A stretch of 64,000 nt of DNA from Macrostomum lignano (Eukaryota), in contig NIVC01000978.1 of NCBI GenBank assembly GCA_002269645.1, positions 330,026 to 394,025 of the forward strand, written 5' to 3'. Below the pieces are notes generated by a model that did no database searches, was not told the origin of the DNA, and was given only the letters and a program-made list of their open reading frames with translations. Both the position numbers and the translations under genes were made by a program. Below, one piece after another: positions 46,251 to 61,797 of this stretch (position 1 is the first letter of the stretch; the number at the start of each line of letters is the position of its first letter).

Positions 46251-47491
46251 AACCAGTCACAAACTTTCACTTTTTGGTTTAGCAATTAAAAGGTCACTTT
46301 CAAACACGATCAAGCACAAAAAAACAGTCAAATGGTGCTCAAAATTTTAGAGTCAGAGGCGAAGCAACCTTGATATCGCAAGAGGATCGGCTACACACGA
46401 AAAAGAACAATAATTACGATTAAATTAGTCGACCTTTATGCAAAGCGCGTGCACAATTTTAAAAGCATATCCGTCTAGCATAGTAGGCTGCTGTAAGCCT
46501 TAAAATTCAAGACTTAATTTTTCCTGGAAAACATAATTGGAAACATTTCCTGGAAAATTTTACTTGAAGAAACTATAGCTTGGGTCAACTTCAATCGTAC
46601 ATACTCGTAAAAATGTACTTTGAACAATGCGGTATAATGAAAAGTGACGCATTTTAAAACCCTTTTTCTCATTTCCTGGAAAAATATACCGTACAGCAAA
46701 ATGAATATGCACGGATCAGCTGAAGCTTCAGGCCATGTGTATGTATAAAAGTGGCTTTGTGTATGCTGACTCACAAAGGGCCACAAAAAGCCACATACTG
46801 TAGATTGCCAGTCCCTCGTCGTCCGCTCGCACTGTATTTGCAAGAACACTATCTATGCAATACTGTACGCAACTCATAACAGCTACAGCCATTGTAACTC
46901 GACTAGCAGAGCAATGCATGTACAGCTTGGAGCCTACTTCACTGACAGAGAATTAGCTCGCTATACCTTAGTACCTTATTTTGGTCTACTACCTTGGCCC
47001 TAACAGAAAGAAAGAATGCTTTATAGGCTAGAAAATCTAAGACCCTAGCTGGGTTAAGATCTATAGGGTCCTTTTTATAAAGACTATTCTAGTTGGTGTA
47101 TCTTGGCTTAACTTATTTACCGCTCAACTTTGTCTTCGTTGAGATATTTCGGAGCAACCTAATGCTAATCTATATAATTAGCTATTTTACGCACTTTTTT
47201 TACGCAATGCAACACTCTTTTCGACCAAATAATGCTCACCCATCCGTAGTTTTAGCTAGCTAATTTTAAAACTGACGCAATGCTGATGCATATTTATCTG
47301 CCCAATCTTTGTTTCCAGTGCCTGCGCAACAGTCCTTCAAAATTCACAATGTTTAATTAATGCGCTAAGGGATTAGCGTTAAAAATAATTTTTATTGCAT
47401 GCTATTAGCGTAATATTCAGCGCAGCGCAGAAACTGCATGTTGTTTTGTTGAAACTAAATATTGGTATTAGCAACTGTTGTGAGAGTCAGG

Positions 47492-47705
47492 GGTTGTAGC
47501 CCAGTGGTTAAAGCGTCGTCGGGGGTTCGATTCTCGACCCTGCACTCGAAACAATTTGTGTCCTTGAGCAAGACATTTAACTCTGCATTGCTTCAGTTCA
47601 CCCAGCAATTTAAGTGGGTGATTGAGGGTGTGTGGGGACCCCGCGGTCCTTGGACTGAACAGCCGTACGCAGCCTTCAGATGCGCCGCGCAATGGCTGCG
47701 GCTGA
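47492..47705 (+). mobile_element. tRNA-headed SINE, type B (CORE-like), with a deletion in the head
   Basis: GTAGCCCAGTGGTTAAAGCG (A-box), GGTTCGATTC (B-box) and TTGTGTCCTTGAGCAAGACATTTAACTCTGCATTGCTTCAGTTCACCCAGC. Confidence 0.85.
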
Positions 47706-48396
47706 GCTGTCGGTTGCACATCTGGCCATCAGGGCAGGTGTAATCAAATCTAAAAAAATGTTAAAGTCAAAAAGCAAAGGGGCGTCATTACCAGGGGTGC
47801 CATTGCTATCCAAGGACTCAAGGTAATATTCAGTCGCTGTGGTTTTTCCAACTTGTGCATTACTAGCTATATTTTATACTTTAATTAGCTATAGCACAAA
47901 TTTCCAAGTCGAATGCAATAGAAGCTGCTTACTCTAAAAAGTGCGTCTGAGAATTGTTCTCTGGCTTCAGCTTCACAAACAACCTAGTAGTCACAGGTAA
48001 TAAGATTCATCCCAGCTCGGAGTCTAAGAGTTCTTACTTAGTAGTCTACCGTAATAGAAAAGCAGAAAAAGTGTGTACTGGTATTTTACACAAACCTACC
48101 GGGTGAGAAAGGAGGCAGAGAAGCTCAGCTAAATTTTATTTTATTGACGGTAAAAAAACTGCCGATCATCACTGCCGATCAAAACGACTGCGTCATCACT
48201 TGGTTGGGAATTTTGGCGTTAGGGGTTGAGTTAGGTGGCTTGACAAACTGATGGGCTCAACTTTATAGACACAGTGGCCTCTTGACAGGAGGCCGGAAAT
48301 GCAAAAAATGCATTATTAGTCGCATTTTAGATTGGCAACACTGGTCTCTCACATTCGCTGGTCTAGCAATTCATTCTAATCATTATAAAATCTTAA

Positions 48397-48725
48397 GGGG
48401 GGCAGAGCAGCTCAGTGATAAACTCTCACGCCACGAACCCTGATTCGATTCTGAGCGCGGCAACATTCATCTGGGGCCTGTGTGCACGAAAATTGGCCGA
48501 AGGGGTTCACACCCGCGAGGACCAACCTGCAGGACACAGAGACTGTAAATTCCCGAAGATTAGAAAGTCGGGGCCGCTGTACACACTGTGTGAGCGTGTG
48601 TTTGAATGCGTGCCTGCGTACAGTGTTGGTGGGCTTGCATGTGCTCAGGAGTCAGCGGAATGGGCAGAGTTGCCTCAGCGATGGTTGCGGGACGATGTCG
48701 CCGAGTGCGTTGCTTCTGTGTGCCC
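48397..48725 (+). mobile_element. tRNA-headed SINE, type C
   Basis: GGGGGCAGAGCAGCTCAGTG...GATTCGATTC head. The body aligns with 21005 and 53855. Confidence 0.78.
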
Positions 48726-49266
48726 CGCACAACCCTCCTGAAATTGATATTTTTTAATATTAGTATTGTTGCTTTTTTATAATGCACTACAGAGTACAAT
48801 AATACACAGGCTGGACATATGGTAAAAAGTCTTGAACTTTTTAAATTGAATTTACTTTATCATTTAAACAATAGCTATACGAGTACATTATCAGACAGTC
48901 CATGCGGGGTTCGAGCTAAAAAAACAAGATGCTACGCTCGTTTAAATATGTTTTTGAACTTCCTTTTTGTACTGTACAATCACAGGCTTCATCTTCATCG
49001 CCGCCACTTTGGTCAGGGTATAGCTGTGCCCAGGGCACAATTATTCTTCAATTTTGCCTATGCACATTTTATTGTACACTTACACACATTGTACCCATAA
49101 ACCATTTTTTCTCTTACCCTGGAAGCTTTCGTACCCATAGTTTTATATAAATGTTACACGTAATCTTATCCAGGTCTTATCCAGGTCTAGCTCGTGAAAT
49201 TACTAAAGAAGTTTTAATGTCTTTTTAGTGAAGCAAGCTGACGCAGAACCATATCTAACAATTGAT

Positions 49267-53076
<3,810 letters not shown>

Positions 53077-53464
53077 CAAAAATCATTCACAGTTTTCAGA
53101 CACTTTTGAACTGAATACAACTTTTTACCGGTTGAATAATGTAAAGAATGTAATTAAGTACATTAGGTAATTAGTTAACATTCGTGAATGTAGCGTATTG
53201 TAGCAGAGGCCCAACATCCAAGATCACTGGAAGTAGCCTAGAAGTAGAACTACACTAGCTATAGAAACCCTCGCTTTTCAAATTCGATATGTGCCAAATT
53301 CGTTCGCATGTTTTTTTCGCAAAATTCCTTACAAACGTAGACTTGCTTGTTTTTCACATCATTTTATACATTTTTGTTTAAAATATTAATTCTCATTAGT
53401 ACGTAATAATTGCCTACACTCGCCCCAATTGGGCCAGTAGTGCAACCGACACCTCTTGCGTGCA

Positions 53465-53681
53465 GCTATTGCGCGGCGCATCTGAAGGCTGCGTACGGCT
53501 GTGGGGGTCGCCACACACACCCTCAATTACCCCAGCTAATGCTGGCACCCATTTTACAGCTGGGTGAACTATGCAGAGTTAAGTGTCTTGCTCAAAGGAC
53601 ACAAATTGTTCCAGTGGGATCGGGAATCGAACTCCCGACCTTCAATTCGTGAGTCCGACGCTCTAACCACTAGGCTACAAC
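53465..53681 (-). mobile_element. tRNA-headed SINE, type B (CORE-like)
   Basis: Aligns with 9154-9418 in the same orientation. Minus strand GTAGCCTAGTGGTTAGAGCGTCGGACTCACG...GAGTTCGATTCCC. Confidence 0.85.
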
Positions 53682-53854
53682 ATCTGTTGTTATTTTTAAA
53701 ATAGAATCGAAATAAATTTACTTTAAGTGCCATTTTTTAATGAAACAATTATTTTTTACGCTTTATAGATATTTTTATGCTACATCCTCTTTTTAGTGGA
53801 TGGATTTTTCTAAAGTTCTTAAAATTTCTCGCCAACAAATTCATGGCTTTTGAG

Positions 53855-54125
53855 GGGTGGATACGTCCGACTTTCGCTCCCTGACCCCTGGTTCGATTCC
53901 GTGCGCGACCACATTCATGTGGGGCTTGTGTGCACGAAAATTGGAGTGTACATGTCTGACGATTAAAAAGTCAGGGCCGCTGTACACCCTGTGTGAGCTT
54001 GTGTAAGAGTGCATGCCTGCGTGCAGTATTGGCGAGCTTGCATGTGCTCAGCAGTCAGTGGAATGGGCATGAGTTGCTGTCAGCGCTGGTCGCGCGACCT
54101 GATTGTCGCTGAAGGCGCTGTATCA
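53855..54125 (+). mobile_element. tRNA-headed SINE, type C
   Basis: CCCTGGTTCGATTCC B-box. The body aligns with 48397-48725, with an internal deletion. Confidence 0.75.
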
Positions 54126-54518
54126 GGGTTTGGTGTATTTGACATCCATTAAATTGCCCTCCGGAATGAGTGCAACTGAGGGGACTGGGGAGATTCCGTC
54201 ATCTCTGCAAAAATCTTCCGACACCTCATTATACAGAGTGGTAAAAAGCAGACAGACATTTTAAAAGCAGCATTCAGCATGTTTGGGAGCTAATGGTCGA
54301 GTCCTTGTTTGCGCAGGGATGCTGCGTGGAAGGCAGCCTATATAGTGGCTGTCATTAGCTTGACGTTTCACTCGCAAATGTCCACGGGTGCCTAAAAGCA
54401 TTCACTATATTCTCTTTAAACATGCCAATCACCCCCACCCCGATTAGAGCCTGCAAGATTGTCGATTTAAACTGCATGTCGAGCAGGCATCAAGAAAACC
54501 TGAAATTTCAAACCCGCA

Positions 54519-55280
54519 ATGTATCTTCTTTTTCTGCTAACTTTCGTCTTTTACAACGCCAGTCTCGCCAGTGCCATCTCCGAGGAGCCGCTCCAGCAAT
54601 TCACCAAAATCGAAGCGTCGCTCTGCATCAACTACGAATTCTTGGAAAATCGCCCAGAGGCTAATTCGGTTTCCAGGTGCGCCGTAGCCTGCCTTTGGCG
54701 CGGCGAACTCTGCAAAGCCTTCACTACAGCTGAAGAGTTCGATGACGTGTGCCGATTGGCCCTGTTTGACAAGTGCAGCAAGAATGTGAGAAGCAAATGT
54801 AACTGCACCACACGCGGACTGGTTTACGTCAGGCAGAGCTTGAGACTCACACCGGGATCGTTCTGTCCCGAAGGCTACTCAACCAGCATCTGCGGGGTCA
54901 GGTACCGATTCTACAATCAGGATTCGGATTGGAATGCCGCCAAAGCGAAGTGCGAATCGGAGCCTGGACTCGTCATCATGGCCGACATCACCAATAGCAG
55001 TGAGAAGACTGCTCTTCACGACCTGCACCTGGCCAATAACAGAGACGGCAACAGTTTCCTATCAGGCAATAGAATATATTTTAACAGTGCCGATCATTAC
55101 GCTGGTTGGTTTTGGTCAAACTGTAACGTCAGCGTTGAAGCTTCTGTGTGGGCCGGTGGTGAACCAAATGGCGAATCAGCCGAACCAATCATGGCGTACG
55201 TTGAAAATAAAGGTGTTTGCGACATTTCCTTAGAACAAAAAGGAAGCGCCGTGTGCGAGTGTCTGTCTCCGTTTGACTAG
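54519..55280 (+). CDS. Secreted PAN/apple + C-type lectin domain protein, intronless, 253 aa
   Basis: Signal MYLLFLLTFVFYNASLASA, PAN-like SRCAVACLWRGELCKAF...CRL, and CTLD with WNAAKAKC, WAGGEPN and CDISLEQKGSAVCE. Confidence 0.85.
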   Translation: MYLLFLLTFVFYNASLASAISEEPLQQFTKIEASLCINYEFLENRPEANSVSRCAVACLWRGELCKAFTTAEEFDDVCRLALFDKCSKNVRSKCNCTTRGLVYVRQSLRLTPGSFCPEGYSTSICGVRYRFYNQDSDWNAAKAKCESEPGLVIMADITNSSEKTALHDLHLANNRDGNSFLSGNRIYFNSADHYAGWFWSNCNVSVEASVWAGGEPNGESAEPIMAYVENKGVCDISLEQKGSAVCECLSPFD

Positions 55281-55634
55281 CCTGACCAACGAGAGCCGTT
55301 ACGATTCAGAACTGAACAGAATGAACTGACATTATATGAAAAAACCATACCATACCTCTTGTCTAAGAACAGCGCCTCGAGCAAAGTTGACAAAATAAAT
55401 TGATTAACAACAATAATATAAGCAACCTTTGAAGCAACCTTCATGAAGAAGCAAACCAGGCATTCTAAATTTTTATTGGCGTCGATCGTGTTTTTCATTC
55501 TTTTAATATTCGTATGCCCGTGTGAAAACCATACTCGCTCGCTAGGCTAATCGTCTTAGAATAAATCTGTAGCAACCGCACCAAGGACTAATCAAGTAGA
55601 AGGACGGGAGACTACGTTTCTGGGAAGAAACCGG

Positions 55635-56664
55635 CAGGGGCGTAGCCAGAGGGGGGGCAAGGGGGGCCGCGGCCCCCCCCCAATCACCAACTCTGGCCTT
55701 GGCGCCCCCCCCCCTTATAACTGCGCTTTGCCGCCCCTTTGAAAATGCTGCCGCTTTCCTGGCGCCCCCCATAAATAAACTGCCCCCCCCCTATAAAGTA
55801 ACTGGTGCCCGCCTAAAAGAAACTGGCACCCCCTAAAAGAAACTGGCACCCCCTAAAAGAAACTGGCACCCCCTAAAAGAAACTGGCACCCCCTAAAAGA
55901 AACTGGCACCCCCTAAAAGAAACTGGCGCCCCCTAAAAGAAACTGGCACCCCCTAAAAGAAACTGGCGCCCCCCCCCCACTAAAAGAAACTGGCGCCCCC
56001 CCACTATAAGAAACTGGCGCCCCCCCACTAAAAGAAACTGGCGCCCCCCCCACTATAAGAAACTGGCGCCCCCCCCCCACTATAAGAAACTGGCGCCCCC
56101 CCACTATAAGAAACTGGCGCCCCCCCACTATAAGAAACTGGCGCCCCCCCACTATAAGAAACTGGCGCCCCCCCACTATAAGAAACTGGCGCCCCCCCAC
56201 TATAAGAAACTGGCGCCCCCCCCCACTATAAGAAACTGGCGCCCCCCACTATAAGAAACTGGCGCCCCCCCACTATAAGAAACTGGCGCCCCCCCCCACT
56301 ATAAGAAACTGGCGCCCCCCCCCACTATAAGAAACTGGCGCCCCCCCACTATAAGAAACTGGCGCCCCCCACTATAAGAAACTGGCGCCCCCCCCCCACT
56401 ATAAGAAACTGGCGCCCCCCCCCACTATAAGAAACTGGCGCCCCCCCCACTATAAGAAACTGGCGCCCCCCCACTATAAGAAACTGGCGCCCCCCCACTA
56501 TAAGAAACTGGCGCCCCCCACTATAAGAAACTGGCGCCCCCCCCCCCACTATAAGAAACTGGCGCCCCCCCCACTATAAGAAACTGGCGCCCCCCCCCAC
56601 TATAAGAAACTGGCGCCCCCTAACTCACGCCCCCCCCCAATCAATATTCCTGGCTACGCCCCTG
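55635..56664. mobile_element. Non-autonomous DNA transposon with 15-bp TIRs (CAGGGGCGTAGCCAG) and internal 20-28-bp minisatellite
   Basis: CAGGGGCGTAGCCAG at 55635 pairs with CTGGCTACGCCCCTG ending 56664. GAAGAAA is duplicated on both sides (left copy offset by CCGG). The interior is (CCTAAAAGAAACTGGCACCC)n then (ACTATAAGAAACTGGCGCCCn)n. Confidence 0.85.
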
Positions 56665-57077
56665 GAAGAAAGGGAGACCCAGTGTTCATATTTTGATACT
56701 TCTTGGCTTTCTTATAGCTATATTTATATTCATAAAGCTGCAAACTGTCTTCTAAAATTTTCCAATCGTCCTTCTACTTGAGTAGTCCTTGAACACGTTA
56801 CATAGATATACATCAAAGCGCGCTAAAATTTTTATTCTTCGATCTATAAACCTACATGGCACACCTTTTAGTTGATAAAGATATGCACAGATCGGATAGT
56901 TATGCTTGGGGTCATACGACTCGTAGATTGGTATATTCGTATGGTACCGAAACCATGTCAGTGTGAGGTCGCGCAGTTTAATTATGACATTAGGAAGTGT
57001 TAACTAACGGGATTACTGCTGTCTTTTGTCTGTCAATTTGAGTCTGTTATTTTACTGTCTAAGATACAGGTCTGCAA

Positions 57078-60000
57078 TTAGGTATTCGACACCACCCTGG
57101 CAATTATTTTGTCCTTGTTTTCGGGCTGATAAGTTGTCGATTTCTTCCTGGTGTTAGGAGCTCCTTCTTTGCAAATTCCGCACAATTTCGGGCACCGCTT
57201 GCGTCCGCTGGAACTGGCGCAGCAGGTGGTCTTCGCCGATGCAGACAAGCCGGCGCAGGTGGATTCGTCGGCGCATGAAAAGGCTGCGTCTGGTAATTTA
57301 ATAAAAGCGGTGCGATTTAGCTGAAGAGAAACTGAAGCTCTAGCCCAGGTGTCCTTCACTAGAGAAATTGAAGCTCTAGCCCAGGTGTCCTTCGGTAGAG
57401 AAACTGAAGCTCTAGCCCAGGTGTCCTTCACTAGAGAAATTGAAGCTCTAGCCCAGGTGTCCTTCAATAGAGAAACTGAAGCTCTAGCCCAGGTGTCCTT
57501 CGGTAGAGAAACTGAAGCTCTAGCCCATTCGGTAGAGAAACTGAAGCTCTAGCCCATTCGGTAGAGAAACTGAAGCTCTAGCCCATTCGGTAGAGAAACT
57601 GAAGCTCTAGCCCATTCGGTAGAGAAACTGAAGCTCTAGCCCATTCGGTAGAGAAACTGAAGCTCTAGCCCATTCGGTAGAGAAACTGAAGCTCTAGCCC
57701 ATTCGGTAGAGAAACTGAAGCTCTAGCCCATTCGGTAGAGAAACTGAAGCTCTAGCCCATTCGGTAGAGAAACTGAAGCTCTAGCCCATTCGGTAGAGAA
57801 ACTGAAGCTCTAGCCCATTCGGTAGAGAAACTGAAGCTCTAGCCCATTCGGTAGAGAAACTGAAGCTCTAGCCCATTCGGTAGAGAAACTGAAGCTCTAG
57901 CCCATTCGGTAGAGAAACCGCAGTTCAAGTTCTTTGACGGGGGATCCTGTGAGTTCTAGTCCTGATTATCCAATACGCTCGTAGACGAGTAACTACAATC
58001 CCAGCTAGAGGATGCATAATACTGGAAAAGCTTTCAGTGTCGTCATTTTTCCTGGAATTATAAGTACTCGTAGCAAAACATGCAGTATTTAGAAAGTAGA
58101 GAAACAATTACCTTTGCACTGATCCTTTGACTTCCTTGAAGCGCCAGCCGCATGCAAAGCTTCGCAAGCTTCGTTGGAAGCGCACAGACCGCGCAGGCAG
58201 TGAGGCAACTCAGCGGAGCAAGCGCTGCATGCAGATCCCACAGTGTAGGCCCTGCTTTTGTTGCTGCCTGCACCTGGGCCCAGCTCACCGTAGTTGCAGA
58301 CCAACAAGTAGGCAAACTGCCGGCTGTCTCCGCCGCTGCCACCGCTGCAGTCTCTCAAGTCGCAGCCGACGTACCGAGCGGTACCGGACACCAGATAACG
58401 GATTCCTGCGCAGCTGTTGCCATGACGACCGGCTCGTTTACACCGTCCAGTAGCGGCGTCAAACATCCGTCGCTGGTCCACCAAGCCGCCGCCAAAATCT
58501 GCGGATCGGCCAGCCAATCAGCGGCCGTGCTTTGGCCCACGTGACCTTGCAGGCCGGGCACGGCTCGGTTCGCCGGCGAGTCCGTCTGGCCCGCCGTGCA
58601 CTGGGCGGCCCAGTCGGAGGCGGTGGCCGCCAGGTGATCGTCCCACTCCTGTTGCAGAGCGGATGTGGGGCTTGTGCGTGGGAGTGTGTCATCGCAGTCG
58701 TTAAATAGATCTTTGAATCGAGCTTTAATTGTTTGGCGGGTGAGTTCATTTTAGTTCACGAGTTCATGAGTTCATGAGTTCACGAGTTCACGAGTTCACG
58801 AGTTCATGAGTTCATGAGTTCATGAGTTCACGAGTTCATGAGTTCACGAGTTCATGAGTTCATGAGTTCATGAGTTCATGAGTGAGTTCATGAGTTCATG
58901 AGTTCATGAGTGAGTTCATGAGTGAGTTCATAAGTGAGTTCATGAGTGAGTTCATGAGTGAGTTCATAAGTGAGTTCATGAGTGAGTTCATGAGTGAGTT
59001 CATGAGTTCATGAGTGTGTGAATGAGTGAGTGAGTAAGTGAGTGTGTGAGTGAGTGAGTTCATGAGTGAGTTCATGAGTGAGTTCATGAGTGAGTTCATG
59101 AGTTCATGAGTTCATGAGTGTGTGAATGAGTGAGTGAGTGAGTGAGTGAGTGAGTGAGTTAGTTAGTGAGTGAGTGAGTGAGTGAGTGAATGAGTTAGCG
59201 AGTGAGTGAGTGAGTGAGTGAGTGAATGAGTTAGCGAGTGAGTGAGTGAGTGAGTGAGTGAGTGAGTGAGTGAGTGAGTGAGTGAATGAGTTAGCGAGTG
59301 AGTGAGTGAGTGAGTTAGTGAGTGAGTGAGTGAGTGAGTGAGTGAGTGAGTGAGTGAGTGAGTGAGTGAGTGAGTGAGTGAGTTAGTTAGTGAGTGAGTG
59401 AGTGAGTGAGTGAGTGAGTGAGTTAGTTAGTGAGTGAGTGAGTGAGTGAGTGAGTGAGTGAGTGAGTGAGTGAGTGAGTGAGTGAGTGAGTGAGTGAGTG
59501 AGTGAGTGAGTGAGTGAGTGAGTGAGTGAGTGAGTGAGTGAGTGAGTGAGTGAGTGAGCGATTGAGTGAGTGAGTGAGTGAGTGAGTGAGTGAGTGAGTG
59601 AGTGAGTGAGTGAGTGAGTGAGTGAGTGAGTGAGTGAGCGATTGAGTGAGTGAGTGAGTGAGTGAATGCAGTTATCAATGCCTAGGCCTCACCAAAAGAG
59701 CCATGTTGGCAGCCGGTGGCAACTTGTCATCGCGTCCCAGTGCAATCCCCGAGCGCATCCGATTGTGCCAATCCAACAGCTGCTGCTTGATCCGCGCTGT
59801 CAGCACCGACTTGCCCAGTCGCGGTGGCACCAGCAGGTGCTTATTTCGCGAATCTTTGAACACGTGGGCGGCCTCTCCGGCTTGAGCTTGAGCCAGTGCA
59901 CTGAAGAGCTGCGCTGCGATGCCCAAATCGTCGCTCCCGGAGTCGCCGTCAGTACCAGCAGCGCCAACTGCAGCTGACGCCAGAGCCGCCGAAGCCATGG

Positions 60001-60130
60001 CATTCATCATAGCGTGATCCTGCAGTGAGGATTCCACCGCATCTGCTGAGCCTAATAAAGCGGTCAGGATCAGACTAGCTAGCAGTAGCACCCAGGCTGA
60101 GGTGCTTCCAGTATCTGAACTGGTTGCCAT
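57078..60130 (-). CDS. Secreted CAP/SCP (CRISP/venom-allergen-like) protein with C-terminal ShK-like domain; apparent -1 frameshift near 58480
   Basis: Exons 60130-59693, 58648-58112 and 57289-57078 (phases 0,1). Signal-like WVLLLASLILTALLGS, LLDWHNRMR, PPAANM..L|EWDDHLA, VGC and LLVCNY, plus ShK-like CADESTC...CPKLCGIC. The frame must switch at GCTTGGTGGAC for CAP similarity to continue. Confidence 0.83.
57325..57918. repeat. Minisatellite with 36-bp units (5 copies) followed by 29-bp units (GAGAAACTGAAGCTCTAGCCCATTCGGTA, about 14 copies)
   Basis: Read directly from the sequence. The 29-mer is the 36-mer minus 7 nt. Confidence 0.93.
58755..59665. repeat. Composite (GAGTTCAT)n / (GAGTGAGTTCAT)n / (GAGT)n microsatellite
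   Basis: Read directly from the sequence. It fills CAP intron 1. Confidence 0.95.
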
Positions 60131-61283
60131 AGCTATAGATTACGTTATGCGTTAATCCAGTGGCAAAAGCGGATCAGTAATCCGTAAGCAGATTTTGGAG
60201 TTATAGCTGTTAGAATATTTCTATTTTTGGGTTTTATACAATTTTTATTTGTTTTGGCAGGTGTTCTTTTTACCGTATTTAATACACCAATTCGATAACT
60301 AATAGCCATATGATTTAATGAGCCCTAGCGCGTATTCCTGTCATACCCGTGTCGTTAGCTTGCTGAGCTAAATTTATTACATATACATGTAGGTAAGGTA
60401 TACTGCAATTTCTACATTCGGCAGTTGGAAATGCACCTGCAATATAGTAGATCTAGAGAGAGATCTAGAGAGAGTTCCGACGGCTATTGACTTTGATGAC
60501 AGACGTGTATGTACTCTTACATTGCACCGACGTTCAGCCGATGTAGGACGTCGTTATCCGTAATAATAATATCCGCTTCACGTATTTCATGTAAGTGGGT
60601 ACATGATGACTATCCACAAGCCAGAGGTTGCACAGAGCCCATTGAAACCTGCAAACCTAGCTGGGTGCTCGTGCTGCACATGCATGGTGACCAAGAACAT
60701 ATAGTCAGAGTACATGTATGCTACAATCGTTCAAGGGGCCATCAGGGTTACTATACATGTAAGTGACTCCGAGTTAGCTGTTTCCCAATAATCCCACAAT
60801 GACTAAAACAATTGCGAATAATTGTCGAACATATTTTGTGGGGGCGAAACGGAATTACGAGTACTTGCAGTGCAGCAGTGTGTGCTGCATAAATTCTGAT
60901 GGAATTTGGTTCGAGAAATTTTCTCGATCCGATTTGTCGACGTCATTTTCCACTATAAAACAATAAAAGCAATAAAATATATTTGAAATAGTCAAAGTAT
61001 TATTATTATTAATATTGCCAGAGTTTTTTGATATATCCAGGAGAAAACAAAGACAAAAAGACAAAATCACGAGTGTAAGACTGACAAACATGATAATTAA
61101 TTCGACGACTGCGCATTCATTTTTCTACCATGCAAATTCTGTTTTTGGAATCGGAATTCTAGTTCTGAAACCAATCTTTGTGAAAAGCCAAAAAGTACCA
61201 ACTATTTAACTATTATCAAAATTCAAAAGAATCAATGTGGAACTTTTCCAAGGACGAGCTAAGAGTTGTTTGTAAAGGAGAAT

Positions 61284-61797
61284 TTGATGACGAAATTAAA
61301 TATTTGCAAAATAATATTGTCGGCCGATTAAATGATACCAAAATTCGAAAGAACCGTTCTTGTGCGGTCACTGCATGGTCAGATCGTCATATTCCATTTC
61401 GTCATATCGGATGACGAAGTGAACAGAAGCAAAGTAGCTTGAAAAATAATATGACGAAGTGACCAAATATTTAGTTATGCTGGATACTTCTTCATCAATC
61501 AATTAATCTGTTTGAGATTCGAGTTAGTATAAACCATTTTTATTAACTATTAAGCTGCGGCAAGCAGAACCGATCGATCGACAGGTTTTATCAATCGAGA
61601 TGACAAAATGACTGGGATCATTAGGATTTCCAAGTAAATATGTTTGATTGCCACGTTAATTCACTTGAAGTTGGAACTATTGGGACAAAAATGACTCTCT
61701 TCAGGTAGTGCATGCTAATTAAGATGACGAAGTGACCAAAGTCGAGGTGAGCACCCCAGACACCCAGATGACGAAATGGCAGATGACGAAATGACTA
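61284..61797. repeat. Cluster of dispersed GATGACGAA(G/A)TGAC motifs, including one inverted copy
   Basis: Copies near 61284, 61410, 61450, 61722, 61768 and 61782. An inverted TTCGTCAT near 61397 forms a hairpin with the 61410 copy. Confidence 0.6.

Noticed and set aside
47492-47545. tRNA-like A/B boxes in the SINE heads
   Set aside because: No complete cloverleaf can be built. Each head runs into a shared SINE body found at several loci.
61280-61300. GATGACGAAA as a possible minimal hammerhead ribozyme core
   Set aside because: It lacks the CTGANGA start and flanking stems I/III. No other CTGANGA...GAAA site in the window gave a plausible fold by eye.
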